Shown here: positions 39,881 through 55,038 of the stretch, piece after piece
Numbering within the stretch: the first letter of the stretch is position 1
Layout of the letters: every line of letters begins with the position of its first letter
DNA from: Octopus vulgaris
Taxonomy: Eukaryota
Length of the DNA: 64,000 bases
NCBI GenBank assembly: GCA_951406725.2
Contig: OX597814.1
Location: forward strand, 153,946,001 to 154,010,000
Reading direction: 5' to 3'
The notes under the pieces: generated by a model
The model's database searches: none
What the model was told of the DNA's origin: nothing
Seen by the model: only the letters and a program-made list of their open reading frames with translations
Made by a program: the position numbers and the translations under genes

Positions 39881-40980
39881 TGAAGATTTCAGCCTTGAAG
39901 ATGAAGATTGAACAGGACATCCAGTTGAGTTTGATGATAAGCTCATTGAGGCATTACATGAAAAAAATCATGCATTATCAGTTTAAGAATTGGTAATAAA
40001 GCTTAGTTCAAATCATACAACTGTTCATCATCATCTTCAACAACTTAGAAAGGTTACTAAACTTGGAAAATGTGTACTTCATGAATTGTCCGAAAGCAAC
40101 CGCAAATCCCAAATTGACATCTGCTCTTCTCTCCATTCTCGCGAACTCATTTCACCCTTTTTGGATAGACTTGTGACTGGTGAGGAAAAATGGATCTTCT
40201 ATTGAAATGTTAAATGTCATAAACAGTGGCTTGGTAAAAGGGAAAAAGCTCAACCACAACCAAGAAGGGAACTTCATGGAAAAAAGTTCTTCTCTCTATC
40301 TGGTGAGATTGCAAAGGAGTAATTCACTTTGAATTGTTACCACCTAATGCAACAATCAATGCTCAAGTCTACTGTCAGCAATTAGAGTATTTGAATCAAG
40401 CTTTGAAGGTAAAAAGACTCACTTTAGTGAATCAAAAAAGAGTGATGTTTCATCAGGACAATGCGCGATCCCACACTGCAAAGATCACATCACAGAAGAC
40501 CAAAGAACTTGGTTGGAAAAAAATTCCTCATCCACCTTATTCTCCCAACCTTGCTCCTTCAGACTACCATTTGTTTTGTAGTTTACAGAATGATTTGGGG
40601 AACATAACTTTCGCAAGCCAGGAGGAGATCGAAGCTGACATTTCAGAGTTCTTCGCTTTGAAACCAAAAAAGTTTGTTAGTCCCAAGTTACACCTGATTG
40701 AGTAAACCTATGATCATGACATTCCACTTCTAATCATTTCATCTTTTTGTATATCTCAGAGTACAATGTGCCCTTCCCTTATTTTTTTAAAGATAGTAGG
40801 ATGGTGTAATTTGAGCCTAGCATTGACTCATATAGATGCTCTTAAAATGGTTCAAATTCTCTGTTTTTAAACATTTTTTGCCTACTGGCCTACTCAAGTG
40901 ATCTCTTAGAAACTATCCTTTCTAAATGGACTTGTAGGTTAATTGGAAATACATTTGTAGATTAACTGGAATACATCTAA

Positions 40981-41200
40981 CCCTTTAGCATTCAGAATAC
41001 TCTGTGAAATGTAATGCTTATTTATTGACATTGTTTTGAATTAATCATGCATTATCTCGTAACTTCAAGATTTTGATGATGTGATTGTTTATTTTTAGAA
41101 TGTCACTGTAGGGTAGATGTGAGTGGTCAGCTCTGCTCAATTTGAACATAAAACAGGTAGAATATTTAGGATTGATATGACCAGTTTAAACATTATAAGG
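40981..41200 (+). mobile_element. piggyBac-type MITE family 2
   Basis: Homologous to 39178-39391; ctaa/ttaa flanks. Confidence 0.85.
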
Positions 41201-41419
41201 TTAAAAATGAACAGGGAAGAATAATGGAACGGAATGAGAATGAACACTGATAGGTAATCATTAAAAAGGTAATCATGCCTAAGTATGACTGGAAGTGAGC
41301 AGCCTAACAAAAGCCAGCCTGGTTTTTTGATTCTTATAAATTCTGATATTAATGGTATATTGATTAGAGGTCTTCTTCAACCATGCCTCCCACCAGTGAA
41401 CACACACACATACACACTA

Positions 41420-41501
<82 letters not shown>

Positions 41502-41839
41502 CCTCTCTCTATTTCTATTTCCCTTAACGACCAGTTTTGTAAGTATTATCTATAAAAGACATTCTAATTACTGTTCTGAATATTTGATCTTTACAGAAAG
41601 ATTAATTTAAAGAATACTTCATTCATGATTGGACAATGATGATAATTATTCTTTACATCAGTAAAAAAAAAAACACACATTTGTCTGTGAGTCAGAATAA
41701 ACCCAGTATATAACTGGTATGTATTTTGTCAAGTATGGAGGAATGAAAGACTGAGTTGACTCCAGTAAAAAAAATAATTAAATGAAATACTCTAAAGCAT
41801 TTAGTATAGCAAATTATTATTCTTGTTACACATCTGTCT

Positions 41840-44119
<2,280 letters not shown>

Positions 44120-44120
<1 letters not shown>

Positions 44121-45830
44121 TTTGTTTTTTTTGTCACTGGGACAATGGATAAGGGTCAACCACATGGACACACATAAAATATACAAATGCACATATAACA
44201 TCAAATCGAAAAAATTAAATACAAGTATACTCAAGTATACAAATATGATGATAATAAAGCAGCCATCCTGCTAAAAAGTACCTTCATCTAGGGCCAATCC
44301 AAGAACCCCACAAATTCAAGACTACCTTGAACATGAAGGACAAGCACCCTCTCCAAAAGTCATTCTCTGACCTATAGGCATAAGCTTAGAGTGGTTCTAT
44401 TTATTCTTGTCATTTTTGCCATTTTCACTTACGTTTTGAAAAACTTCCTCATGGACAACACCTCCCTCTCCTTCCTTTTCAAGTGAAGCTAAAAATAGTC
44501 AATAAGAGTTTGACCAAAGAGGACAAAAATATATGTCCTCAGACCATTCAGTGTCATCCAGCACACAACCTTTTTCACAACAAACAGAGGAAGATTGCCT
44601 TCCACATCCAGTTAAAGAAGGGCAGTGGAGCAATTACCACAATGCTCTTGGCTGAGAGCTGAATCTGTTTTACACACATCAGCAGCTGTTTGGTATAACT
44701 CTATAATTAGCAATATAATCAGCAATTCCCAAACACTGAACAGTGCATTCAGAACAGTTTCATTGTCCTGTGCACATCTTGGATAAGTTCATCAGACAGC
44801 ACTTCCATGCATATAGAGTTTATCTTGAACTGGTAGAAGCCCTCGGCAGCACTGCCAGGCCAAGGACATCAGCAGTCATGGTGTGCCAAGCCCATCACAC
44901 CAATGGAGCTGGTGGCAGATTATTGCTTGATCAGTCAAAAAGTTAAAGAATAAGTACTCCAAGAAGGTCAGATGAAAACTAAGGTAGGGCATGATGGCCA
45001 GGTGTTAAATGATTACAGAGGTGATACAAGGATTTTCCACTTCTGCCCAATCTTTCTGTCAGCACATTTCTTGAGTGAGACTAGCCATACTGGCCATCCT
45101 GCTCATCACCTCATCTCAGTTTTGGTCCACCCACAACTGGGTACAGCTTCAGAATGGTCTTATGGTTTTGAGAGGTCATAAGGACTTGCAGATCCATGCT
45201 GATCTTTCCTCAACACATCATTCCCCATCTCTTTAGCTCTCACAGCCCACCCATATTGTGCTATAAAGGTGACAAGCCAAGGATTACTGCCACTCACAAT
45301 GCCCTTCACTATCACCCTTGTGTTGCACTAAGCCATATGTTATGGTACAAGTGTATGGGCAGGTGCGGATCTTACCACTTCAGCCTGCTACTTGGCCTCT
45401 TCCTCAACAGAACTGCTTTGCTACAAGGTGGCGAGCTGGCAGAAACGTTAGCACTCCGGGTGAAATGCTTAGCTGTATTCTGTCTGCCGTTACGTTCTGT
45501 GTTCAAATTCCGCCGAGGTTGACTTTGCCTTTCATCCTTTCAGTACCAGTTACACACTGGGGGCGATGTAATCGACTTAATCCTTTTGTCTGTCCTTGTT
45601 TGTCCCCTCTATGTTTAGCCCTTTGTGAGCAATAAAGAAATAAGAACTGCTTTGCTATGTTCAATGGACAGATATTGTTCTATAAATCTGCCTGTGCCAG
45701 TTTCAATTCATCTTTTGATTTTTAGGGTACACACAAAAGGTGCCTCCTATTCTTGGATAAGGGGAGCATATTTTTTCATGATGTAGTCCTGTCAAGCTTG
45801 TGTTTCTAACAGGAAACTCTCAAGTCAGAA
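44120..45830 (-). mobile_element. Degenerate Tx1/L1-like LINE 3' portion
   Basis: PRCAQDNETV.NAL..C zinc-knuckle-like remnant and T-run (minus-strand polyA) at ~44120; similar 3' ends near 16340 and 58393. Confidence 0.6.
45426..45642 (+). mobile_element. Full Deu/Nin-domain tRNA-SINE with 15-bp TSD
   Basis: TSD agaactgctttgcta at 45409-45423 and 45643-45657; A/B-box-like head. Confidence 0.93.
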
Positions 45831-46809
45831 TCTCTCTGTTGGCTGCATTGCTTGCTAGCATGTATATGAAAAGCTTTGTGTTGCTACTGTTATTGTTGTT
45901 GTTGATTTGAGTCTTCAAATCAACTCTCATTTACGTCAAAAACACCAGATATATATATTTTTTTACATTAGTATTTTCTTTTATAAACTTTTTCTGTTTT
46001 CATGTGTTGTCTCTGTGAATGCATTTGTTCATTGAGAGGGCATGTCATGTTGACATTTTGTACTGAATGTCAGCTAGCAAAAAGATATTTTCAAAACGAC
46101 TGGGTTTTTTTTTTTTTCCGACAGAAAATACGACAGTGAAAAAAATGAAGAAACAACCTCCTCAACTTCTTAATTAATAATTTTTCACAATGTGACTCAT
46201 AAATAATAATCCAATTTATTGAAACTTGGCAAAATGTAATCCATAAACTAAAGCACGAGCAAAGACGTCTTGCAAAAGTATAGCTCTCTGTAAAAAAACT
46301 GAAACCAAACTTACATCTTCAACAAAACCAAAATTAACAAAATGGCTGCTAGGTGGGAAAACATCATAATTCACAAAAACAAAAAGCATCAGAGACTTCC
46401 CCAAAGCTACATGTCTGTGACTTGTTCATAACAACCTCTGGAATTCTTTACTTAAGCATGTTTTTTCAGCAAAACTTGAACTACATAATATTATCATCAC
46501 TGTCATCATTGTGTAATGTCCACTTTTTCATGCTTGCATGAGTTGAACGGAATTTATGGAGGAAGATTTTTTTAAGGCTGGATGCCTTTTCTGTTCCCAA
46601 TCCTCACTATTTCCAAACATGATAATATTTCCCCATGGCCAGACATGTTTCTCATGGAAGACTTAAAATGAACAAAATTGCTTGTATGACAGTGACACTC
46701 ATTTACAAGCATCACATGATAAGATACACACACACACACACAAACAAACATATATGTACACATGTAGTATATATATATCATAATTAATACATATATATAT
46801 ATATATAGA

Positions 46810-48805
46810 TATTGGGGTCCACCAAGGTTCAGTCCTCAGTCCCCTCCTATTTATCATAGTCCTCCAGGCAATAACGGAGGAATTCAAGACAAGATGCCCC
46901 TGGGAGCTCCTCTATGCTGATGACCTTGCTCTAATTGCTGAGTCACTATCAGAACTGGAGGAGAAGTTTCAGGTGTGGAAACAAGGATTAGAATCGAAGG
47001 GCCTTAGAATCAACCTAGCCAAAACCAAAGTCCTAATAAGTAGGAAGGTGGACCAATCACAAACGACTTCAGGTAGATGGCCCTGCTCGATCTGTAACAA
47101 AGGTGTAGGTAGAAACTCTATAAGGTGCACCAAGTGTAAGCTATGGACAAATAAGAGGTGCAGCAATGTCAAAGGAAGGCTAACCAGGAAAATAGTTTTT
47201 GTCTGTGGCAGATGCTCAGGAGCAATAAACACTGGAAATGTGCAGAGACCAACTTCTACCACGTTCCAGGGAGACAAACTTGAAGTAGTTGATAGCTTCC
47301 GCTACCTAGGAGACCAAGTCAGTAGCGGGGGTGGGTGTGCTGAAAGTGTAACTGCTAGAGTAAGAATAGCCTGGGCAAAGTTTAGAGAGCTCTTATCCCT
47401 GCTGGTGACAAAAGGCCTCTCGCTAAGAGTAAAAGGCAGACTGTATGATGCAAGTGTACGTACAGCCATGCTACATGGTAGTGAAACATGGGCCGTGACT
47501 GCTGAGGATATGCGTAAGCTCGCAAGAAATGAAGCCAGTATGCTCCGATGGATGTGTAATGTCAGTGTTCATAATCGTCAGAGTGTAAGTACCTTGAGAG
47601 AAAAGTTGAACCTAAGAAGCGTCAGTTGTGGTGTGCAAGAGAGACGGCTGCGCTGGTATGGTCATGTGACGAGAATGGCTGAAGATAGTTGTGTGCAAAA
47701 GTGCTACACCCTAGCAGTTGAGGGAACCTGTGGAAGAGGTAGACCCAGGAAAACCTGGGACGAGGTGGTGAAGCACGACCTTCGAACTTTAGGTCTCACC
47801 AAGGAAATGACTAGAAACCGAGACCTATGGAAGTGTGCTGTGCGTGAGAGGACCCGGCAGGACTAGTCAGGCCATAACCCGTGGCCCCTACCTGGGACGT
47901 AGTCGGTCCACCTGTGCATACCTTCCTTCTTGTGACACTTGTGAAGACCTGTTGAGGCAAGTGAAAATCAAAACAAATCAAAATAGATGAACATCAATGG
48001 AATTTGTATCTCTGTGGTACCAGTGCCGGTGGCACACAAGAAAACCATCCGAACGTGGCCGTAGCCAGTACCGCATCGACTGGCCTCCGTGCCGTGGGCA
48101 CGTAACAAACACCATCCGATCGTGGCCGTTCGCCAGCCTCATCTGGCACCTGTGTCGGTGGCACATAAAAACACCTTCCGAAGACCCGGCAAGACTAGTC
48201 AGGCCATAACCCGTGGACCCTACCTGGGACGTAGTCAGTCCACCTGTGCATACCTTCCTTCTTGTGACACTTGTGAAGACCTGTTGAGGCAAGTGAAAAT
48301 CAAATCAAAACAAATCAAAATAGATGAACATCAATGGAATTTGTATCTTTGTGGTACCAGTGCCGGTGGCACACAAGAAAACCATCCGAACGTGGCCATA
48401 GCCAGTACCGCATTGACTGGCCTCCGTGCTGTGGGCACGTAACAAACACCATCCGATCGTGGCCGTTCGCCAGCCTTATCTAGCACCTGTGTCGGTGGCA
48501 CATAAAAACACCATCCAAGCATGGCCGTCTGCCAGCCTTGTCTGGCACCTGTGTCGGTGGCACATAAAAAACACCATCCGAGCGTGGCCGTTCGCCAGCC
48601 TCGTCTGGCACCTGTGTCGGTGGCACATAAAATCACCCACTACACTCTCGGAGTGGTTGGCGTTACGAAGGGCATCCAGCTGTAGAAACACTGCCAGATC
48701 TGACTGGCCTGGTGCAGCCTTCGGGCTCCCCAGACCCCAGTTGAACCGTCCAACCCATGCTAGCATGGAAAGCGGACGTTAAATGATGATGATGATGATG
48801 ATGAT
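46810..48805 (+). mobile_element. Young 5'-truncated RTE LINE: open RT C-terminal frame to TAG at 47866, long repeat-containing 3' UTR, (GAT)n tail
   Basis: GVHQGSVLSPLLF, LLYADDL, FRYLGD, MLHGSETW, RRLRWYGHV, RGRPRKTW with no stops. Confidence 0.95.
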
Positions 48806-49257
48806 AAATGTATATATGGGTACAGGTCATCACTAGTGGTGCAAATAACATGGAATATATAAACAAATGAGTTAAATATGTAAAAATAAAAAACAAGGAA
48901 AAAATGGAAAATAGGACAAGTAAACATAGAGAAAGAACTCTTCATCAGTTGTTGGCTGTCTATCTACTCCTCATTTCGAGCTTTCAATAACAATATGAGT
49001 CTTCGAAGACAGTTGCTCCCATAGATTTTTAAATAAAATTTAGGATTTATGAAGGGTTAAAGTTAGGAACAAAAATATGACAGTGGAGACATACAAGGAA
49101 TGAGAGAAAAATAGTGAATACTGGGAGAAACAATTTTTTTGAAAAGAGAAAAGATAGAAGAGAGGGAAAAAACACATCTGCTCTTTTGAACACCTGTGCA
49201 GGAAAAGGAAGATGGTCACGTGAGGAAAAGAAAGATGGACAATGGTCACGTGTGAGC

Positions 49258-49297
<40 letters not shown>

Positions 49298-49493
49298 GGA
49301 GAGAGAGAGAAAAAGGGAGAGAGAGAGAAAGAGAGAGATAGAAAATGGTGGAGGAGGGAAGGGTAGAAAAACGGAATTGGAGAAGGATGGAGAAAGAAAA
49401 CAGTATGGAGTAGAGAGTCGCATCAAAAAGGGAAAGATAAACTTACTTGACAATGGATGTGTTGCACTCAGAATGCAATACATTCATTTCCAA

Positions 49494-49495
<2 letters not shown>
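48806..49495 (-). mobile_element. Possible Penelope-like 3' remnant with (GA)n
   Basis: ILSATHPLSSKFIF weakly resembles a PLE C-terminus; ctgatgaag motif on minus strand. Confidence 0.35.
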
Positions 49496-49529
<34 letters not shown>

Positions 49530-49569
49530 TAAGAAATGGAGTCAAGTGCAGGTGTTATTCTAATCATAC

Positions 49570-49615
<46 letters not shown>

Positions 49616-49844
49616 CAGGCTTCTTTCAGTTTCCATCTCCCAAATCCATTCACAAGGCTTTGGTCAGCTTGAGGTTAAAGCTGTAATGATAATTAGTTTT
49701 TACACTAACACATTAGCAGCTGAGTCAGAACAAACTGGTATATAACTGGTATGTATTTTGTCAAGTGTAGAAGCATGAAAAACAAAACTGACTGCACAAA
49801 AAAAAAATGAAATACTCTAAAGCCTTTAGTATGGCAATTTATCA

Positions 49845-50082
49845 AACAGAACATCGATTACATTAATCATAAGTAGAAGTCCTTTAAATAGTAGGAGCAC
49901 TGAATAACTGACAAAAACGGAACATCAATCACATCAGTCATAAGGGAAAGGCTTTTAAAGATCAGGAGCACAGCCCCGCTTCCACTGACTAACTTACAAA
50001 ACAGAACATCACATCAATCACAAGGGGAAAGCCTTTAAATATCAGGAGCAATGACCCTCCTCCACAGACTAACTTACAAAAT
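49845..50082 (+). repeat. Three-unit ~70-80-bp minisatellite
   Basis: aaacagaacatc...aag...tttaaa...aggagca...aact repeated. Confidence 0.82.
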
Positions 50083-50232
50083 ATGGCCCTGTAACTTAGT
50101 TATTTGACAAATAACAGAAATCATTAAGCATCCAACTAAAATAAGTATTTTGGTCGATATGGTTACCTGAAATCCTTGAAGACAGTACCCCCAACATAGT
50201 TACAATTTTATGACAAACCAGTTAAAGAATAA

Positions 50233-50395
50233 AGGAGTGGTTGTGTGGTAAGTAGCTTGCTTACCAGCTACATGGTTCCTTCAGTCCCACTGCATGGCAC
50301 CATGGACAAGTGTCTTCTACTGTAGCCTCGGGCTGACCAAAGCCTTCTGAATGGATTTGGTACACGGAAACTGAAAGAAGCCTGTCGCATATATG

Positions 50396-50430
<35 letters not shown>

Positions 50431-50645
50431 TTGTGTGTCTGTGTTTGTCCCCCCAATATTGCTTGACAACCGATGCTGGTGTGTTTACGTCCCTGTAACT
50501 TAGCAGTTTGGCAAAAAGAAGCCGATAGAATAGGCTTACAAAGAATAAGTCCTGGGGTCGATTTGCTCGACTAAAGGCAGTGCTCCAGCATGGCCACAGT
50601 CAAATGATTGAAACAAATAAAAGAGTAAAAAAGAGTAAAGAGTAT
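50233..50645 (+). mobile_element. MER6-like SINE, joined to an older tail fragment at 50085-50232
   Basis: Colinear with 11034-11428. Confidence 0.9.
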
Positions 50646-51728
50646 ACCTCTTCTAGGTATTTATTCTTTCTACTTAGAAAACTTTAGTAATTCATACAGG
50701 AGAAAAGAATTTCACCTTCTAAATAATTATTATATTTGTTATTTATTGATTCAGAAACCAAAAGAAACCCTAACTGGTATATCAAAATATGAAAATCAAA
50801 TGTATATTGTCAGTGTAACTTTAGAATGAAAATAAGGATAGGCGTGGTGATACACTGTGCAAAATAGAAAAACACCAAATGTGACAGAATACTGGAGAAA
50901 TCATAAAAGTACTTCTATAACTATTTGGGTAATATCCTAAGAATGGTGAAATAGTAGAAATTGATATCTTACAATAGCAATAATGTGGGTGGAAGGAATC
51001 ATTCAAAAGAAAGGATTTTGAAACAAAAACAATAGAAAAATAGAAAAACCAGAGTCTTTGTCAAAGAGTTCTTGTTTTGGATAGAAACAAATTATTGATT
51101 ATGTTTGATGAATTTATATTGATAGTTGAGAAAGAGAGAGAGATGGTAAGAGAGAAGAGAGAGCAGGGAGAAGAGAGAAGATAGATAAGAGAGAGGAGTG
51201 ATAATGGATGAGAAAGAAGGGGTTGGATGAAAACAGATAAAAGAGATGGTAGTGAAGATAGATGAAAAAGTAAGGAGTGATGTGAAACTGAGACAAGAGA
51301 GAGTGAGGAGTGAAAGAAAGGGAGTAAAGAAAAAGAGCGAGTGAAGTAATGAAATAAAGAGTGAAAATGAGAGAGAGAGAGATAGTGTGAAACAGAAAAC
51401 AAAAAGAAACTGAGTGAAAAGAGAAAGGAAATAAAGAAAGAAAGACCAAGACTAAAGGGTTGAATCATAGATAGACAGAAGAAACAGGAAAAGTGAGAAA
51501 TATACAGAAAGATCTAAATGTTGGAAGTTTTTACAGCTTTAGTTAAGGCAATGGCGAAGGTGATTTTTTCTTCTTCATAGATGAGGTCAGTGAAGAGATC
51601 ATTACATTGGGTTATTTGAGTGAAGGAAGAGATTAGTTTAGTGACAATTTGACTGATGAATGGAAATGTATATGAGTGTGTAAATGTGCACGTATATATA
51701 TATATCTATATCTATATATATATATATA

Positions 51729-51786
<58 letters not shown>

Positions 51787-51822
51787 ATATAATATAATAT
51801 AATATAATATATATTATATATA

Positions 51823-52606
51823 CACAGACATGCAGGAAGTAAATAGACAACTTTAATATTCAAAATTTTGATCTAAGCATCTTAATGTTTTCAGCAGTGT
51901 AGAATTTACAATGTAATTATTCTTTTTCATTCCAGGTGTCATTATATTAAATATTTGCGAAGAGTAACCATGCCACGCACATAAATTCAGCAGAACTGTC
52001 AGATTTTCAAAGAGGTTGTATTGTTGGGCAAACTGAAGCTGGTCTTAGCGAGCAAAAAATTGCCGAAAATCTTCAAATTCCTCTTGCTACTGTTAATAGA
52101 ATTATAGTGCAATTCAAAAGCCTAGGAAAAGAATCAACAGATTCTCGTCCCAGCTAACCTGGGCCCTTGGAAAGGATCTTCACTGTTTGAAGAGAATTGT
52201 GGAAAATGAACTCTGGGGTTCGTTTTCTACAATTCTCTTCAAACAGCGAAGCTTCCTTTCTGAGGGCCCAGGTCGGTCGGGATGAGAATCTGTTGATTGT
52301 TTTCCTTGGCTTTTGAATTGCACTATAATTCTATTAACAGTAGCAAGAGGAATTTGAAGATTTTTAGCAATTTTTCGCTGGCTAAGACCAGCCTCAGTTT
52401 GCCCAACAATACAACTTCTTTGAAAATCTGACAGCAGTGCTGAATTTTTTGTGCATGGCATGGTTACTCTTTACAAATGTTTAATATAATGACACCTGGA
52501 ATGAAAAAGAATAATTACATTGTAAATTCTACACCACTGAAAACATATTCAGACGCTTAGGTCAAAATTTTGAAAATTAATCATGTCTATTTCCTGCATG
52601 TCTGTG
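51823..52606. mobile_element. Tc1-derived palindromic foldback element (two left ends)
   Basis: TA-cacagacatgcaggaa...ttcctgcatgtctgtg-TA; both arms encode [11 protein letters not shown]...TVNRII (Tc1 paired-like HTH); centre near 52215. Confidence 0.92.
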
Positions 52607-53139
52607 TATATAATATATAACATCTATTAATATATATATATATATATATATCATCATTATATACACATTCATACATATATATCTGAATATAGATAAATCC
52701 ACTCTGGCCCAGGATGGCAGTAACTGTCAAAAGCTCCAGTAATGGGCCAAATGGCAGAAGATGGTCCTGTGGCTAAAACATATAAACTCAAAGTCAAAAT
52801 AGACTTTGTATCACACATGCCAACTGGTGTAGCACATGCCCTGATATCATATGAATTAATCACCCTACCTAGGGTTAAATAGGCCTTCTACCTCAAAGGT
52901 AAGCCTGGAAGGCAGGAGACTTGCAGAATAAACCAGCAGAAGCCAACAACAAACCACAGTTGTATCTTATCCAAGAAAATCATGAATTTTCAGACTTTGG
53001 CACTGGGTTCATGACTGCTGATGCCTGTAGCCATGGTACAAGAAGAGAGAGAGAGAGAGGGAACGAAAGAAAGAAAGTGAGCCAAAATATCATTACAATA
53101 AAAAAAAATCATAAAATCCTGAAAAAAATTATCAAAAGC

Positions 53140-53196
53140 CAACCAAAGCCTTGTGAGTGGATTTGGTAGATGAAGGAAAGCTGAAAGTAGCTTGCA

Positions 53197-53271
<75 letters not shown>

Positions 53272-53460
53272 TGTATGTGTGTGTGTGTGTATCTTTGTGT
53301 TTATGTTTATTCCCCACCACTGTTTGCGTTGGTCTGTATACATCCTCATGACTTAGTGGTTCGATGAAAAGCGACTGATAATATATAAGTACCAGGCTTT
53401 AAAAACAATAATAAATACTAGGGTTGAGTTGTTGACTAAAACCCATCATGGTGTGTCCCA
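53140..53460 (+). mobile_element. Partial MER6-like SINE with expanded (TG)n
   Basis: ccaaagccttgtgagtggatttggtaga core. Confidence 0.8.
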
Positions 53461-54429
53461 GCAAATAAAAGATAAACTTCAGAGAGATAATAAATACATA
53501 GCTAAGAAAAAAAAAAGAAACAGTTGCAGATCAGAACTAAAGTTGCCCTTTTCTGCAAAAGAACCTAACATTAGCACAATTGAATATTTTTGCTCTGCCT
53601 TTTTCTTGAGTTTGGTGCAATCAACCTGACAAACTAAGCTAAATTTTCTGTGTTATATAGAAGAAAATTTTATTTTGTAAAATCTCTGCAAAATTTAAAC
53701 TTATTTTTGATAAAAAGGCTAATTACCTTCATTCTGAAATATAAAATATTCTTTTGATAAAAAGTATTTTTTGCAAGAAATAACTTATAATCTTCAAAAA
53801 TCATTGCAATTTTTGCCTTAATCAATGGAAAATATATAAAACCGAAAGAACATGGTTAAATTTACTTGAAATTATTCAATTAATTTTTGCAGAATATTCC
53901 ATAACAATCTCAGCCAACAATATATTTTTTTTTCTCCTAACATCCAGAATTTCATTTCTTTTTTTAATCTACAAATAACATCAAATCATTTATGCATATT
54001 CATTTCTCAATCTACAAGAAGCATCAAATCTTTTTCACTATTTCTTCTTCAAGATAATAATGAAAAAAGAATCAAAACCTCAAAGCTTAAATTAAAATAA
54101 TTCAAATGAATATTTGGTTTTTTTGTTAATTTTGAAAAGTATACACATTGTGATCGATCACTTCTATTCTACAATATATTGATTTATGTTTCCCAACTAA
54201 ATTCTGCTTATCATTTCAGTATCTTTAAGTATTTTCATAAAAGATTCAGTATTTTAATTTATACATATACATACATATACATTCTTCAAAGACCAAACAT
54301 TAAAATACTAAAGGAATTATTCACAGAACAACAAATCTCAAAGGTATCAATGTATTTCAAACTAGGAATAGAAAGAAATAGAAGAAAAACAACAAATGAG
54401 TTTTTAAGAGTTGATAGAACATTTATGGA

Positions 54430-54531
54430 TTGTGATTCAATTATCAAATGAGAATTTGATATTGAATCGCATTTTAGTCTGTTCTTTGTGATTCAATTAT
54501 CAAATGAGAATTTGATATTGAATCGCATTTT
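54430..54531. repeat. Tandem pair of 46-bp hairpins (56-bp period)
   Basis: tgtgattcaattatcaaat-gaga-atttgatattgaatcgca twice. Confidence 0.9.
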
Positions 54532-54585
54532 TATTAATTTTAATTTTTACATTTAAAATGCATTTTTCAGAATCCTTCAACAACC

Positions 54586-55036
54586 TGTCATGACACCTGG
54601 TTCCACACGCCATTTTGTGATTTTCATCCATGCATGCGCAGGGATTAGAGCCCCCCCCCCGAAGGCCTGCCGGAAGCCCCTTATGCGCATGCACAGTCAT
54701 CAGCAACAGCTAGGCTTGACCACTATTCTCTCTCTTCACCCCTGCTGCCAACCAAGACGGACACAACTAGATCAGCTCCATGTTTCTGGAATACTGAAGG
54801 CAATCCACGTCTTCAGCGAATCTGTGAAGAATGCCTTCACAATTGTGATTAAACCGACTCTGCTGCTTTACACACCAAGGTGACCGGGCTACCAATTGTC
54901 CAGAGATGTAATGCTTGTATAGACAGAAAAATTAATATTGTTATTTGCTCGGAGATTCTTGCTCCCACTATTATCTTTTCCACGGCTATGTAAGGAATTG
55001 TGAGGCACCCTTCCAGTGCCAACCTCACTTCTGACA
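54586..55036 (+). mobile_element. Gypsy-like LTR (451 bp)
   Basis: TGTCA...TGACA termini, followed after 2 nt by a tRNA-Trp PBS; homologous to 22214-22649. Confidence 0.88.
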
Positions 55037-55038
55037 AT

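Larger units (their letters stand above)
39136..40676 (+). pseudogene. mariner transposon (D,D34D transposase pseudogene), 3'-truncated, with nested MITE and RTE tail
   Basis: TA-tcaggtc left end; ATG at 39539 MGVSKEHLRH...; CVLHEL (WVPHEL), VTGEEKW, HQDNAR, HPPYSPNLAPSDYHLF; stops and frameshifts. Confidence 0.93.

Noticed and set aside
47851-48630. Regular repeats resembling a CRISPR array
   Set aside because: Contiguous tandem units of an RTE 3' UTR with no unique spacers and no cas genes; eukaryotic context
48930-48995. Type II hammerhead-like arrangement on the minus strand
   Set aside because: Stems I and III do not pair convincingly
51120-51500. Purine-rich tract giving long hydrophobic minus-strand ORFs
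   Set aside because: Degenerate (GA)-rich low-complexity sequence
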